In this document: positions 1-11,339 of the stretch, one piece after another
Layout of the letters: every line of letters starts with the position of its first letter
Position numbering within the stretch: position 1 is the stretch's first letter
Source: Scyliorhinus canicula
Taxonomy: Eukaryota
Length of the DNA stretch: 64,000 bases
Assembly: GCF_902713615.1 (NCBI RefSeq)
Contig: NC_052162.1
Span: 55,055,990-55,119,989 of the forward strand
Direction of reading: 5' to 3'
Notes under the pieces: model-generated
The model's input: only the letters and a program-made list of their open reading frames with translations
The model's database searches: none
Told to the model about the DNA's origin: nothing
Position numbers and translations under genes: made by a program

Positions 1-2688
1 ATCAGATCAGAGGTCCGAAGGCTTCTCAGTGAGGGGATTATAGAGGCCAGCAATAGTCCCTGGAGAGCTCAGGTGGTGGTCGTTAAGACCGGGGAAAAAT
101 TCCGCCTGGTTGTCGACTATAGTCAGACCATAAATAGATTTACGCTCCTCGACGCATATCCCCTCCCCAGGATTGCAGACATGGTAAATCAGATTGCGCA
201 GTATCGGCTCTTTTCCACGGTGGATCTGAAATCTGCATACCACCAGCTCCCAATCCACCCGGAGGACCGCCACTACATGGCATTCGAGGCCGATGGCCGC
301 CTCTTCCATTTCCTCCGGGTCCCCTTCGGCGAGACTAATGGGGTCTCGGTGTTCCAACGAGCAATGGACCGAATGGTGGACCAGTACGGGCTGCGGGTCA
401 CGTTTCCGTACTTGGACAATGTCACCATCTGCGGCTATGACCAGCAGGACCACGACGCCAACCTCCACCGTTTTATCCAGACAGCACAGAAATTAAACAT
501 CGCCTACAACAAAGAGAAATGCGTTTTCCGCACAAACAGACTGGCCATCCTCGGCTACGTCGTGGAAAACGGAGTCCTGGGCCCAGACCCGGACCGTATG
601 CGCCCCCTCTTAGAACTCCCCCGCCCCCATTGCCCCAAGACCCTCAAACGGTGCTTGGGCTTCTTCTCCTACTACGCACAGTGGGTCCCTCAATATGCGG
701 ACAAAGCCCGCCCACTCTTTAGGGCCACACGATTTCCCCTGTCAGCTGAGGCACGCCAGGCCTTCAACTGCATCAAGGAGGACATCGCCAAAGTGGCCAT
801 GCGGGCAGTGGATGAATCCACTCCATTCCAGGTCGAGAGCGACGCCTAAGAGGTAGCTCTAGCAGCCACACTAAATCAGGCAGGGAGACCAGTCGCATTT
901 TTCTCCCGTACCCTCTCCACTTCAGAACTCCAACACTCCTCAGTCGAGAATGGCACAAGCCATTGTGGAGGCTATTCGTTACTGGAGGCACTACCTCGCA
1001 GGTAGGAGGTTCACCCTCATCACCGACCAAAGATCGGTCGCCTTTATGTTTGATAACTTGCAAAAGGGCAAAATAAAAAATGATAAAATTTTTCGGTGGA
1101 GGATCGAACTCTCCACCTATAGCTATGATATTAATAATCGACCCGGGAAGCTCAACGAGCCTCCGGATGCCCTATCCCGCGGGATATGCGCATGACAGAC
1201 TGAAAGTCATCCACAACGACCTCTGCCACCCGGGGGTCACCCGGCTCGCCCATTACATCAGGGCCCGAAACCTGCCTTTCTCCAACGAGGAGGTAAAAGC
1301 GGTTACCAGGGACTGCCCGATCTGTGCGGAGTGCAAACCGCACTTCTATAGACCAGACAGGGCCCATCTGGTCAAGGCTTCTATGCCCTTTGAACGCCTC
1401 GCAATTGATTTCAAAGGGCCACTCCCCTCAACTAACAAGAACGCTTACTTTCTAAACATCGTAGATGAGTTCTCCCGTTTCCCATTTGCTATCCCGTGCT
1501 CCGACATGACCTCCCACACAGTCATTAGGGCCCTGCATAGCATCTTCACCCTGTTTGGTTTCCCCAGCTATGTGCACAGCGACCGGGTTTCGTCCTTCAT
1601 GAGCGATGAGCTGTATCAGTACCTGCTCGACAAGGGCATTGCCTCGAGCAGGACTACCAGCTACAACCCCAGGGGGAACGGGCAGGTGGAGAGGAAGAAT
1701 GCGACGGTCTGGAAGACCATCCTACTGACCCTCCGGTCTAGAAAGCTCCAAGTCTCCCAGTGGCAGGAAGTCCTCCCACTCGCGCTCCACGCTATTAGGT
1801 CCCTCTTATGCACAGCGACCAATCAGACCCCTCACGAGAGGCTCTTCATTTTTTCCAGGGGCACTACCACGGGGCTCTCACTTCTGGCATGGCTGAGGAC
1901 ACCGGGCCCGGTACTCCTGAGGAAACACGTCAGGGCACACAAAACCGACCCCCTTGTTGAGAAGGTGCGCCTGCTCCACTCCAACCCCCAGTATGCCTTC
2001 GTTGAGTTCCCTGACTGCCGCCAGGACACAGTATCCCTCCGGGATCTGGCACGCGCCGGATCCAGCGCCCCCTCTACCCCCACAGAAGGACCCCTCACCC
2101 TACACCCCATGCTGCCACCCCCTCGCGCTCCCGAGCCCACGAGCTCGTTCCACCAATTCCGTGCACCCGCGCCAGCCAGCCCCCAGTCCCCGGTCGAACC
2201 AGAAGAGTATGAAGCTCGGACACAACCTTCCCTGGAGTCCACCATTGTACCCAGCACACAACACCCATCCAGCCACCGCAAGAGGCTGCAACCCCCGTGC
2301 TCCGCAGATCACAGCGGACAGTTCGACCAATGGACAGACTTACTTTGTAGACCACCACCCCCGCCGGACTTGATTTTTTTGCAGGGAGTGAATGTGGTGA
2401 ATGTAACGTAGTAATTCACACTGTATTTACCAATACCATTGTAAGCGCAGTAGCATTATCTGACCACTAGGGGGAGTAGCTCTGGGAATGCTCAAGAGTT
2501 TGTACAGGGCTCCACCCTCGGCTCTGCCCATGACTCCTCCCCCTTGACTGCTGTATAAATAACGGTGTAAAGAGCCAGGCTGCAGTTCATCGAGAGTTCA
2601 ATGGGAAACAGGCTGGCTCTGTAGTAAGTAGATTAAAACCACTATTCATATCTTAAAGAACGTGTCTCGTGAATTGATGGTTCCATCA
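1..2688 (+). mobile_element. Gypsy (Mag-like) LTR retrotransposon, 3' part: RT, RNase H, integrase, PPT and 3' LTR; pol is degenerate
   Basis: ORF 73-849 has RT motifs (DLKSAYHQL, PFG, YLDNV). RNase H (ESDA..., FTLITDQ) is broken by a stop and a frameshift. Integrase ORF 1080-2411 has HHCC and DDE features (IDFKGP, HSDR, GNGQVER). PPT-like gcagggagtgaa at 2381-2392. Confidence 0.95.
2393..2688 (+). repeat. 3' LTR of Gypsy copy A
   Basis: TG...CA ends directly after the PPT; TATA (tataaat) and attaaa signal; homologous to the LTRs at 19774 and 23644. Confidence 0.9.
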
Positions 2689-2811
2689 CTGATATTATGT
2701 GATTTTTTTTGTATAAAGTAGCTTGCTCACAGACAAAAGTGAACTTGTAGCCTTAAAAAATGTCAGGAAAGTGTCCAAAATTCAATATCCCTCCAATTCT
2801 TTAAAATGCAT

Positions 2812-3136
2812 ATAGAACATAGAACATACAGTGCAGAAGGAGGCCATTCGGCCCATTGAGTCTGCACCGACCCACTTAAGCCCTCATTTCCACCCTATCC
2901 CCGTAACCCAATAACCCCTCCTAACCTTTTTGGTCACTAAGGGCAATTTATCATGGCCAATCCACCTAACCTGCACGTCTTTGGACTGTGGGAGGAAACC
3001 GGATCACCCGGAGGAAACCCACGCAGACACGGGGAGAACGTGCAGACTCTGCACAGATAGTGACCCAGCGGGGAATCAAACCTGGGACCTGGCGCTGTGA
3101 AGCCGCAGTGGTAGCCACTGAGCTACCGTGCTGCCC
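2812..3136 (-). mobile_element. HE1-like tRNA-derived V-SINE with CR1-type tail
   Basis: tRNA-like A/B boxes, V-SINE core (gggtttcctccgggtg...tcctcccacagtccaaagac), (ttctatg)n tail. Confidence 0.9.
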
Positions 3137-3492
3137 GATATAGTTATTAGAGATGGATTTCTCACGCCACTATTGAGGTCGTATGTCCACACAAGAGTGC
3201 TAAGCATTTGATTAATGTTAAAATCGATATGGGTACAGGTGTTTTGCCCATTCATACATTCAAGGCCATGAATATAGAGAAATGAGAATCTATGGCACGA
3301 CCCACCACAGCTAACCTGGTTGACTACAATGGCTAGCCGATCAAGCGCATTAGAACAATAACCTTGTAGTGCAGCTTCAGGATGTCGGGATACCATAAAT
3401 GTTTTATTTTGTAAACACAACTGGCCCATCTGTCGTAGGATTTCTAGTATGTCGAGCATTATGGGTCACCACAATACATGAGGGCAGTGATG

Positions 3493-3837
3493 GAGGTGAT
3501 GGCGTAATGTTATTGACACTGGACTGGTAATCCAGAGACCCAGGGCAAAGCTCTGGGGATCAGAGTTTGAATTCCACCACGGCAGATGGTGAAACTTGAA
3601 TTCAATAAAACTCTGGAATTAAAAATCGAACGATGACCATGAAACCATGATTGTTGTAAAAACACATCTGGTTCACGAATATCCTTCAGGGAAGGGAATT
3701 TGTCATCCTTACCTGGTCTGGCGTACATATGACTTCAGGCACTCAGCAATATGGTTGGTTCTTAAAAATGCCTTCTGAATTGATCCTCAGTGCAAGGACA
3801 GTTCCAGATGGGCAATGAATTCTGGCTCAGCCAGCGT
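3493..3837 (+). mobile_element. SacSINE1/Deu-SINE-like tRNA-derived SINE
   Basis: tRNA-like head, central catctggttcac...ccttcagggaagg block, gggcaat...gccagcg tail that is also found on the LINE at about 34857. Confidence 0.7.
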
Positions 3838-4019
3838 TCGCCCTCCCCCTTCTCCCGATGGAGAAAGAAAAGGGAAGTCCAATCACCATCCTCCCCCACT
3901 CCCTGCAGAGACCGACCCTCCCCAATTCACATCTGTTATCTAGCCAACCAGCTAGTATGGTGGCCCCCACTCGGGACTGCCGCTAACCCTCTTCCCCCTA
4001 ACCGCCCTTCACCCACAGT

Positions 4020-4870
4020 TCCCAAAAAACAGTAAAACTTCTTGAAAATTGTCACCACATACTCTGTGGCCTGCGTTCATTCAAACCCTTCAGGCAGCCT
4101 CACAATCTGGAGATTCTGACTCCTGGAACGATACCGCTTTGCACCCAGACACAATGAATACACCAAGCTACCCACCATGCAGACCCAAATTCCCCACATT
4201 AACATCTCCAAAGTTCAATGTCCTCACACACCTCCCTGTCCATGGTCTCTCATAAATTGACTTGCTCCTCTGGCGTGTCAAAACAACATCTCAATTCAGG
4301 TGCGTGACCCACAGACGAGCAGGAAACTTCACGCTTGGCCAACTCTGCACCCATGTCCTGGTAGATCCTCAGTACATTTCCTTCCCTAGTGCACTTTCTT
4401 ATTTCCTTCACCCACCTCAATATCTTCTCCTTGTCGAGAAAACGATGCAGGCCCACCGCCATTGCCCTCGGCCGCTCACCCACAAATGCCCTGTGCGCTC
4501 GCTCCACCTCAGGGGGATGGTCAAAGGCACCATCCCCACCAACTTCTCGAATATTTTCACCACATACTCTGTGGCCTGTGTTCACTCAATCCCTTCAGGC
4601 AGCCCCACGATCTCGAAATTCTGACTCCTGTAACGATTCTCTACATCCTCCACCTTCTCCTGCTACCTCTTCTAGCTCTCTACCTCGAGCACCATCTCTG
4701 CCTCCAATGAGGCCATCTGGTCCTCATGCTCTCTCACCACCTCTTCTACCTTCTGGAGTGCCAGACTCTGCACCTCCTGTCTCTGCTGCTGGAACTTTAC
4801 ATTCAAGACATCCACCAGCTCTTCAGTACACTGCTGGGCACTCAACAACACCCCAGAATCTTCCGCCATC
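4020..4870 (-). mobile_element. L1/Tx1 ORF1 fragments (degenerate, with a partial internal duplication)
   Basis: Translations EVERAHRA...PRAM...LHRFLDKEKILRW and LRIYQD resemble L1 ORF1p; about 4045-4130 duplicates about 4551-4636. Confidence 0.7.
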
Positions 4871-5029
4871 CTTTTCATAAGTTCATAACATACAGGATCT
4901 GAATTAGGCCATTCGGCCCATCGAGTCTGCTCCGCTTTCCCTCTGTCGCACCTCAAATAATCTCCTGGCCAGGCTGCTGCCTCTTACCCGTTACACTCCC
5001 TGACTGGTAAGCCATAAACCAGCCTCACG

Positions 5030-5500
5030 GACGGGGCACCACTATTTCTCAGTGCTCATGTACCTCACATCAGCAAAATGCATGAAAAGGACCAAGCAAT
5101 TCCGCCTCGAGCGGGAGCCACCAAATGTGCAACCACTCACTCCATGGCCACCACAGAAAGTCCCACTGCCTGGATTTGTTAATGGCCACCTTGGCCAGGC
5201 CCAGGAGCAAGCTAACAAGAAGGTCCTCCACCCTGCCCCTGCATTCCGTACCAAGTAGCCAAAGATCAAGAGAATGGTGCTGAAGGTCAACCAAAGAGCA
5301 GCCCCTTCAAATAATCAAAAAAGGACTGCAACCTGGGGTATGTATCATGGGATACACACTACCCGAGGCCACAGAAAATACTGGCAGTCTAGGAGTTTAT
5401 GAACCATTGTAATCTACTATTGTATGGGACTGCTGCTTGCAACACTCTCTACACCAAATCTTTGCCACCAAGGACAGCAGGACAGAGCAGTAACTCTTTA
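5030..5500 (-). mobile_element. Tx1/L1 ORF2 3' fragments
   Basis: LLLGLAKVAINKSRQ motif typical of the Tx1 ORF2 C-terminus; a related fragment lies at about 8640-8920. Confidence 0.6.
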
Positions 5501-5876
5501 CATTATTTTGAATATACCCATAACCAATTTGATAAATGAACAGGTGAACAGAGCTGAATAAATAAATAGACACAATCAAGTTAAGGTCATATCCCCTTAA
5601 AGGGGAAATATAACAAAAGAGTTTTTTTTAAGGAACCTTACAAAAACAAATTAAAATTTCATTTTGGGGCCCAATATTGCACCCCAGTGCCTACTGACTG
5701 CAGAAGGTCCCCTATTAATGCACTTTTAAGAATAAACAACAATTTTTAAATTATTCAAAAATGTCATGAGTGACAACCCCTGGTGGCCATGATGTGGAGA
5801 TGCCGGCGTTGGGCTGGGGTGAGCACAGTAAGAAGTCTTACAACACCAGGTTAAAGTCCAACAGGTTTGTTTCAAA

Positions 5877-5911
5877 CACGAGCTTTCGGAGCACGGCTCC
5901 TTCTTCAGGTG
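5877..5911 (-). ncRNA. Minimal type I hammerhead ribozyme in the Penelope terminal repeat
   Basis: Reverse complement of the motif at 7532-7566. Confidence 0.8.
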
Positions 5912-7531
5912 AATGGAAAGGCTTGTTCCAGAAATGTTTATATAGACACAGTCAGAGATGCCCCGGAATGCGAGCACCTGCAGGCAATCAAATCATCAAA
6001 GATGCAGAGAGAGAGGTAACTCCAGGTTAAAGAGGTGTGAATTGTCCCAAGCCAGTTCAGTCGGTAGGCCTCTGCAAGTCCAGGCTTGTTGGTGGGGGCC
6101 GAATGTAATGCGACATGAATCCCAGATCCCGGTTGAGTCCGCATTCATGCGTGCGGAACTTAGCTATAAGTTTTTGCTCAGCAATTTTGCCTTGTCGCGT
6201 CTCCTGAAGGCCTCCTTGTAGAATGCTGACCCGGAGATCAGAGGCTGAATGTCCTTGACTGCTGAAGTGTTCCCCAACTGGAAGGGAACAGTCCTGCCTG
6301 TTGATAGTCGCACGATGCCCGTTTATTCGTTGTCGCAGTGTCTGCATGGTCTCGCCAATGTACCACGCTTCGGGACATCCTTTCCTGCAGCGTATGAGGT
6401 AGACTACATTGGTCGAGTCGCACGAGTATGCGCCGCGTACCTGGTGGGTGGTGTTTCCACGTGTAATGGTGGTGTCCATGTCGATGATCTGGCATGTCTT
6501 GCAGAGATTACCCTGGCAGGGTTTTGTGGTGTTGTGGTTGCTGTTCTGAAGGCTGGGTAATTTGCTGCAAACAATGGTTTGTTTGAGGTTGCGCGGTTGT
6601 TTGAAGGCCAGTAGTGGGGGTGTGGGGATGACCTTGGCAAGATGTCCATCCTCGCTGATGATGTGTTGGAGGCTGCGAAGAAGATGTCGTAGTTTCTCCG
6701 CCCCAGGAAAGTACTGGACGACGAAGGGTACTCTGTCAGTGGTGTCCCGTGTTTGTCTTCTGAGGAGGTCGGTGCGGTTTTTTGCTGTGGCGCGGTGGAA
6801 CTGTCGATCAATGAGTCGAGCGCCATATCCCGTTCGTACGAGGGCATCTTTCAGCATCAATGACAGAGTACCCTTCGTCGTCCAGTACTTTCCTGGGGCG
6901 GAGAAACTACGACATCTTCTTCGCAGCCTCCAACACATCATCAGCGAGGATGGACATCTTGCCAAGGTCATCCCCACACCCCCACTACTGGCCTTCAAAC
7001 AACCGCGCAACCTCAAACAAACCATTGTTTGCAGCAAATTACCCAGCCTTCAGAACAGCAACCACAACACCACAAAACCCTGCCAGGGTAATCTCTGCAA
7101 GACACTGCGACAACGAATAAACGGGCATCGTGCGACTATCAACAGGCAGGACTGTTCCCTTCCAGTTGGGGAACACTTCAGCAGTCAAGGACATTCAGCC
7201 TCTGATCTCCGGGTCAGCATTCTACAAGGAGGCCTTCAGGAGACGCGACAACGCAAAATTGCTGAGCAAAAACTTATAGCTAAGTTCCGCACGCATGAAT
7301 GCGGACTCAACCGGGATCTGGGATTCATGTCGCATTACATTCGGCCCCCACCAACAAGCCTGGACTTGCAGAGGCCTACCGACTGAACTGGCTTGGGACA
7401 ATTCACACCTCTTTAACCTGGAGTTACCTCTCTCTCTGCATCTTTGATGATTTGATTGCCTGCAGGTGCTCGCATTCCGGGGCATCTCTGACTGTGTCTA
7501 TATAAACATTTCTGGAACAAGCCTTTCCATT

Positions 7532-7566
7532 CACCTGAAGAAGGAGCCGTGCTCCGAAAGCTCGTG
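7532..7566 (+). ncRNA. Minimal type I hammerhead ribozyme in the Penelope terminal repeat
   Basis: CAC-CUGAAGA-A-GGAGC(CGU)GCUCC-GAAA-GC-UC-GUG: conserved core, 5-bp stem II, vestigial palindromic AGCU stem III, 3-bp stem I. Confidence 0.8.
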
Positions 7567-7769
7567 TTTGAAACAAACCTGTTGGACTTTAACCTGGTGT
7601 TGTAAGACTTCTTACTGTGCTCACCCCTGGTGGGGCACTGTAACTAAATTAAAACCTCAAAAGGAAACTTTATTATTTAAAATATAAATCCCAGGAGTGA
7701 TGTTGCACCCCTGCCTCCACGGTGCCCACTGGATGCAGAAGGCACCTCCTGCTCCCTCATCAAGGCCAC

Positions 7770-8632
7770 TGTAGCCACCTGGGTTGGCCACTTCCCGACT
7801 TTAAAATGGAAATTCGCTAAGAATGCAGCCAAGGATAGAAAAACAAGCAGATGCAAAATCTCCTGTATATTAGAACTTGCAGAAACCCAGACAGCACTGA
7901 AACTGACGACCATCTACATATTAATGAGCGATCCCCGGGAACAATTGAAACAGTTAAGAAAATCGAGGCCAAGCCAGACTCCTCAGCGCCAGCGGGAGCC
8001 AAAACAAAAGAAGGCTAATGGACACTTAGGAACCGCCCAGCGATCAGGGAACAGCTCCAATATTGGAGAAATCAATTCAAATAATCAGAACTTAGTTCAA
8101 TCAATTGGAACCAGGTACAGGGCCCGCCCACAAGGGCACAAAACCCCTGAGAACTATAAAATAGAGTCCCCAAGTTCAGTTTGATCTTCTTGGCAGGCTC
8201 TCTCAGCAGCTCGAAACAACCCTTGACAGAGACCTGCCTAGCAGCTGCACCAACAAGTAAATGTCCAGTCAAAGCACGCTACAAGGTAGGCACTCCTAAC
8301 CATTAGTCCATACCAGCTGGAAGCCTGCAGTCTCAGGATCGAACGAGAGGCAATTGTTCCCCTGACCTAGTGGGTCCCTTTTCCAAAGCTACGTATTGGC
8401 CTGTTAGTGTTAGAAATAGCCTAGTGAATAGTATTTTATACATGAGTAGCGATTGACTGTGTATATAATAAATGTGTTTTGATTTGAACCTTACTAACTG
8501 GTGTATTGAGTTATTGATCAGCGTTTAAACTTGAACCTCATGGTTGTATCATAAAGATACCTGGCGACTCTAGAGCAAGGTTATAAAACAGAGCAATTAA
8601 GAGTAAAACACACTTAGCAACATTTAGCAACA
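7770..8632 (+). mobile_element. Solo LTR, ERV-like
   Basis: TG...CA ends; 4-bp TSD CCAC (7766-7769 / 8633-8636); TATA box at about 8155; aataaa at about 8467. Confidence 0.75.
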
Positions 8633-8963
8633 CCACCTGACTGCGAATATAGCCATGGTAGAGGGCAAATAATCGGGTCATATAACCCCCTTGACCGCCC
8701 AATGCCTGGAGCTGTTAATGGCTAATTTGGCCAGGCTCAGGAGCATATTTCCAAGGAGGTCCTCCACCGTGCCCACCCCCCTCTGCACCAGTTGACCAAA
8801 GATGAGGAGTGTGAGGCTAAAGTTTGTGAACCATCCTAATTTGCTATTATATGGGACAGCTGCATGCATCACTCTCCCCGCGAAATCCTCACCACCGCTG
8901 GCAGCAGGACAGAACAGTATCGCTATACTATTTTAGGTTGAAACAATTAAACCAAATTAAACA

Positions 8964-9439
8964 AATAAGTCAATTATGTAGTACTTTGTGAAAACACTTT
9001 ATGAAAGTGCACACATGTAGGGTGGGGTTTACCCCTACAAAATCAAGAGAGATTTTGTTATCAAGAGATGCCCCTTAAAAGTAGCATCAAACAAAAAGTA
9101 TCTCCCTTTTTCTGCTCAAGTATTCATGAAATCAATGCCCAAAACCTGCATATACTTAATATTAATTTATAAAAATAATATTGGTTGATATTTAGGGTGG
9201 GATATAATGACCACCCCACTGCATGTTTTTTTTGGGGGGGGAGGCGGCCCACCAGCGGGATCTACTGGTCCCGCTGTTGTCAATGGCATTTCCCATTGAC
9301 AGCACCCCTCACCGCTGGGAAATCCAGGTGCCGAGGTGGGACCGGAATTTCCTGTCGGCATGAACAGTTGGTAAATCCCGCCCTGCATGTGTGCACTTTC
9401 ATAAAGTGTTTTCACAAAGTACCACATAATTGACTTATT
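8964..9439. repeat. Inverted repeat pair with about 70-bp arms (8964-9033 / 9370-9439)
   Basis: The arms are reverse complements with about 4 mismatches and enclose a fragment of a dispersed GC-rich repeat. Confidence 0.85.
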
Positions 9440-9479
9440 AGCAGAATTAAATCCTGGGTATTAATGGTTCAATGGCAGC

Positions 9480-10150
9480 AAGGATCCAAAATTGGTTCAT
9501 GGACAAAAAGCAGAGAGCCATGGAATGCTTCTTTTTCAGACTTGAATGAGGTGGAGAATGATGTTCCCCAAGGGTATGGAATAATTATCCCCTGGGGTAT
9601 GCATTAGGATGACTACTCTTTTTGATACACATGAATGGTCTGGATTTGTGTATACAGTCCAGATTTTCAAAGTTTTCAGGAAACATAAAGTTCAGGAATG
9701 CGCTAACCAATGAGGATAGAGCTGTCTTCAGGAGGACAAAGACAGGCTGGTTAAATGGGCAGACACGCGGCAAATGCAATTTAACACAGAGAATTGTTAA
9801 ACGATTCATCTTTCTAGGAAGAATGAGAAGAGGCAATATTATTCAAATAGTTCAATTTTAAATGGGGTGAATGGTCAGGGAAACCTGAGGCTGAATATGC
9901 ACAAATGTTTGAAGTCGACAAAACATGTTGAGAAGGCTCTAAAAAAGGCATATGGGATTCTTGCCTTTATTAATAGAGAAACAGAATAAGAAAGCAAGGA
10001 AAACATGGTAAACTCTGATAACATATTTGTTAAATCTTAGATAGAACATCCCCCTTGAAACGTGATGGTTATAGCAGTAGACTTTATGGAGTTGTTCAAA
10101 GACATACATGGTTTTGACAGAATAAATAAGGAGAAATTGTTGCATGTGGC
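9480..10150 (+). mobile_element. Old CR1-type LINE RT fragment
   Basis: Degenerate CR1 ORF2-like sequence (gttccccaaggg, ggcaaatgcaatttaa, aaggcatatgggattcttgcctttat). Confidence 0.6.
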
Positions 10151-10567
10151 AGAAGGGTAGGTAACCCAAGGGCAGAGAATTAGGGTATCAGGATGTTGAA
10201 TTGCTTGGTTAATCCAATGCTAAACAAAAACATGATTTACTTTGGTTACGCTGGAGGATGCTTTGATCCCATGAACGGATGGATGATACAGAAAGGCTGG
10301 AAAAGCTTCATTAGAAGGCCAGTGGATTAATACCGAATTTAAAACCCCTTAATTCTATGATATTTTTAAAGGCTAGGCTTGCAGACCACGAATGTATGAA
10401 CTAACAAGAGCTTTATTGGAAAGGTGTTTACTCTACAGTCTGTTAGGATAGACTGCTCATTTGCCCGTACAAATGACTGATGATGTCATCAATATGTCAC
10501 ATGATCAGACTCTTAAAGTGACCTTTTTCCAACAAGGAACAAACATGAATACATAACACTTTCCTTG

Positions 10568-11170
10568 TGGTGGCACGGTGATTAGCACTGCTGCCAGGAC
10601 CAGGGTTTACATAGAACATAGAATGTACAGTGCAGAAGGAGGCCATTCGGCCCATCGTGTCTGCACCGACCCAACTTAAGCCCTCATTTCCACCCTATCT
10701 CTGTAACCCAATAACCCCTCCTAACCTTTTTTTGGTCACTAAGGGCAATTTACCATGGGCAATCCACCTAACCTGCACGTCTTTGGAATGTGGGAAGAAA
10801 CCGGAGCACTCGGAGGAAAGCCACGCAGATACGGGGAGAACATGCAGACTCTGCACAGACAGTGACCCAGCAGGAAATCGAACCTGGGACCCTGGCGCTG
10901 TGAAGCCACAGTGCTAATCATTTGCGCGACCGAGCTGAACTTGGGTGACTGTCTGTGTGGAGTTTGTACATTTCCCTATGTCTGCATGAGTTTCCTCTGA
11001 GTGCTCTGGTTTCCTCCACAGTCCAAAGATGTGCAGGTTAGGTGGATTGGTCATGCTAAATTGCCCCTTAGTGTCCAAAGGTTGGGTGAGGTTGTGGGGG
11101 TAGAGTGTTCTTTTCGGGGCTTGGTGCGGATTCGATGGGCTGAATGTAAGGACTCTGTGATTCTTTACAT
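10568..11170. mobile_element. Nested V-SINEs: a - strand HE1-like copy (about 10610-10919) inside a + strand copy
   Basis: SINE head at 10568-10608 and SINE body at 10940-11170 on +, separated by a near-full copy on -. Confidence 0.75.
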
Positions 11171-11339
11171 TAGAGGCTTTTGCAATCAAACACAATCTAA
11201 CATTAACAATCAAAATTTACAATATGAACAATTAATAATCACAACAGTCGATAAGGTAGATTTTCAGAGGACGTTGATTTTTGTATGGCTGTCGGGGAAC
11301 ATCGGGCATCTGCTTTCTCATGTTGACTGCAACCTCTGG

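Larger units (their letters stand above)
5787..7627. mobile_element. Penelope-like element (Neptune-type), 5'-truncated, arranged as two inverted arms
   Basis: Left arm (- strand, 5787-6858) encodes the RT thumb, a Cys-rich linker (PCQGNLCKTC) and a GIY-YIG endonuclease (VVYLIRC...WYIGET...LRQRINGHR). Right arm (+, 6861-7627) is an inverted copy of 5817-6738 with a 156-bp deletion. Flanked by acccctggtgg at 5776-5786 and 7623-7633. Confidence 0.93.

Noticed and set aside
2812-3136. tRNA-like A/B boxes here and in other SINE heads as tRNA genes
   Set aside because: They continue into SINE core and tail and do not form complete cloverleaves.
6057-7386. Two long mirror ORFs (326 aa and 274 aa) as host genes
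   Set aside because: Their N-termini are antisense Penelope sequence created by the palindrome; only the C-terminal halves are true Penelope protein.
10194-10558. Possible 3' LTR of the degenerate Gypsy at 11340-13500
   Set aside because: TG...CA ends are present, but no second LTR or TSD is available in the window to confirm it.
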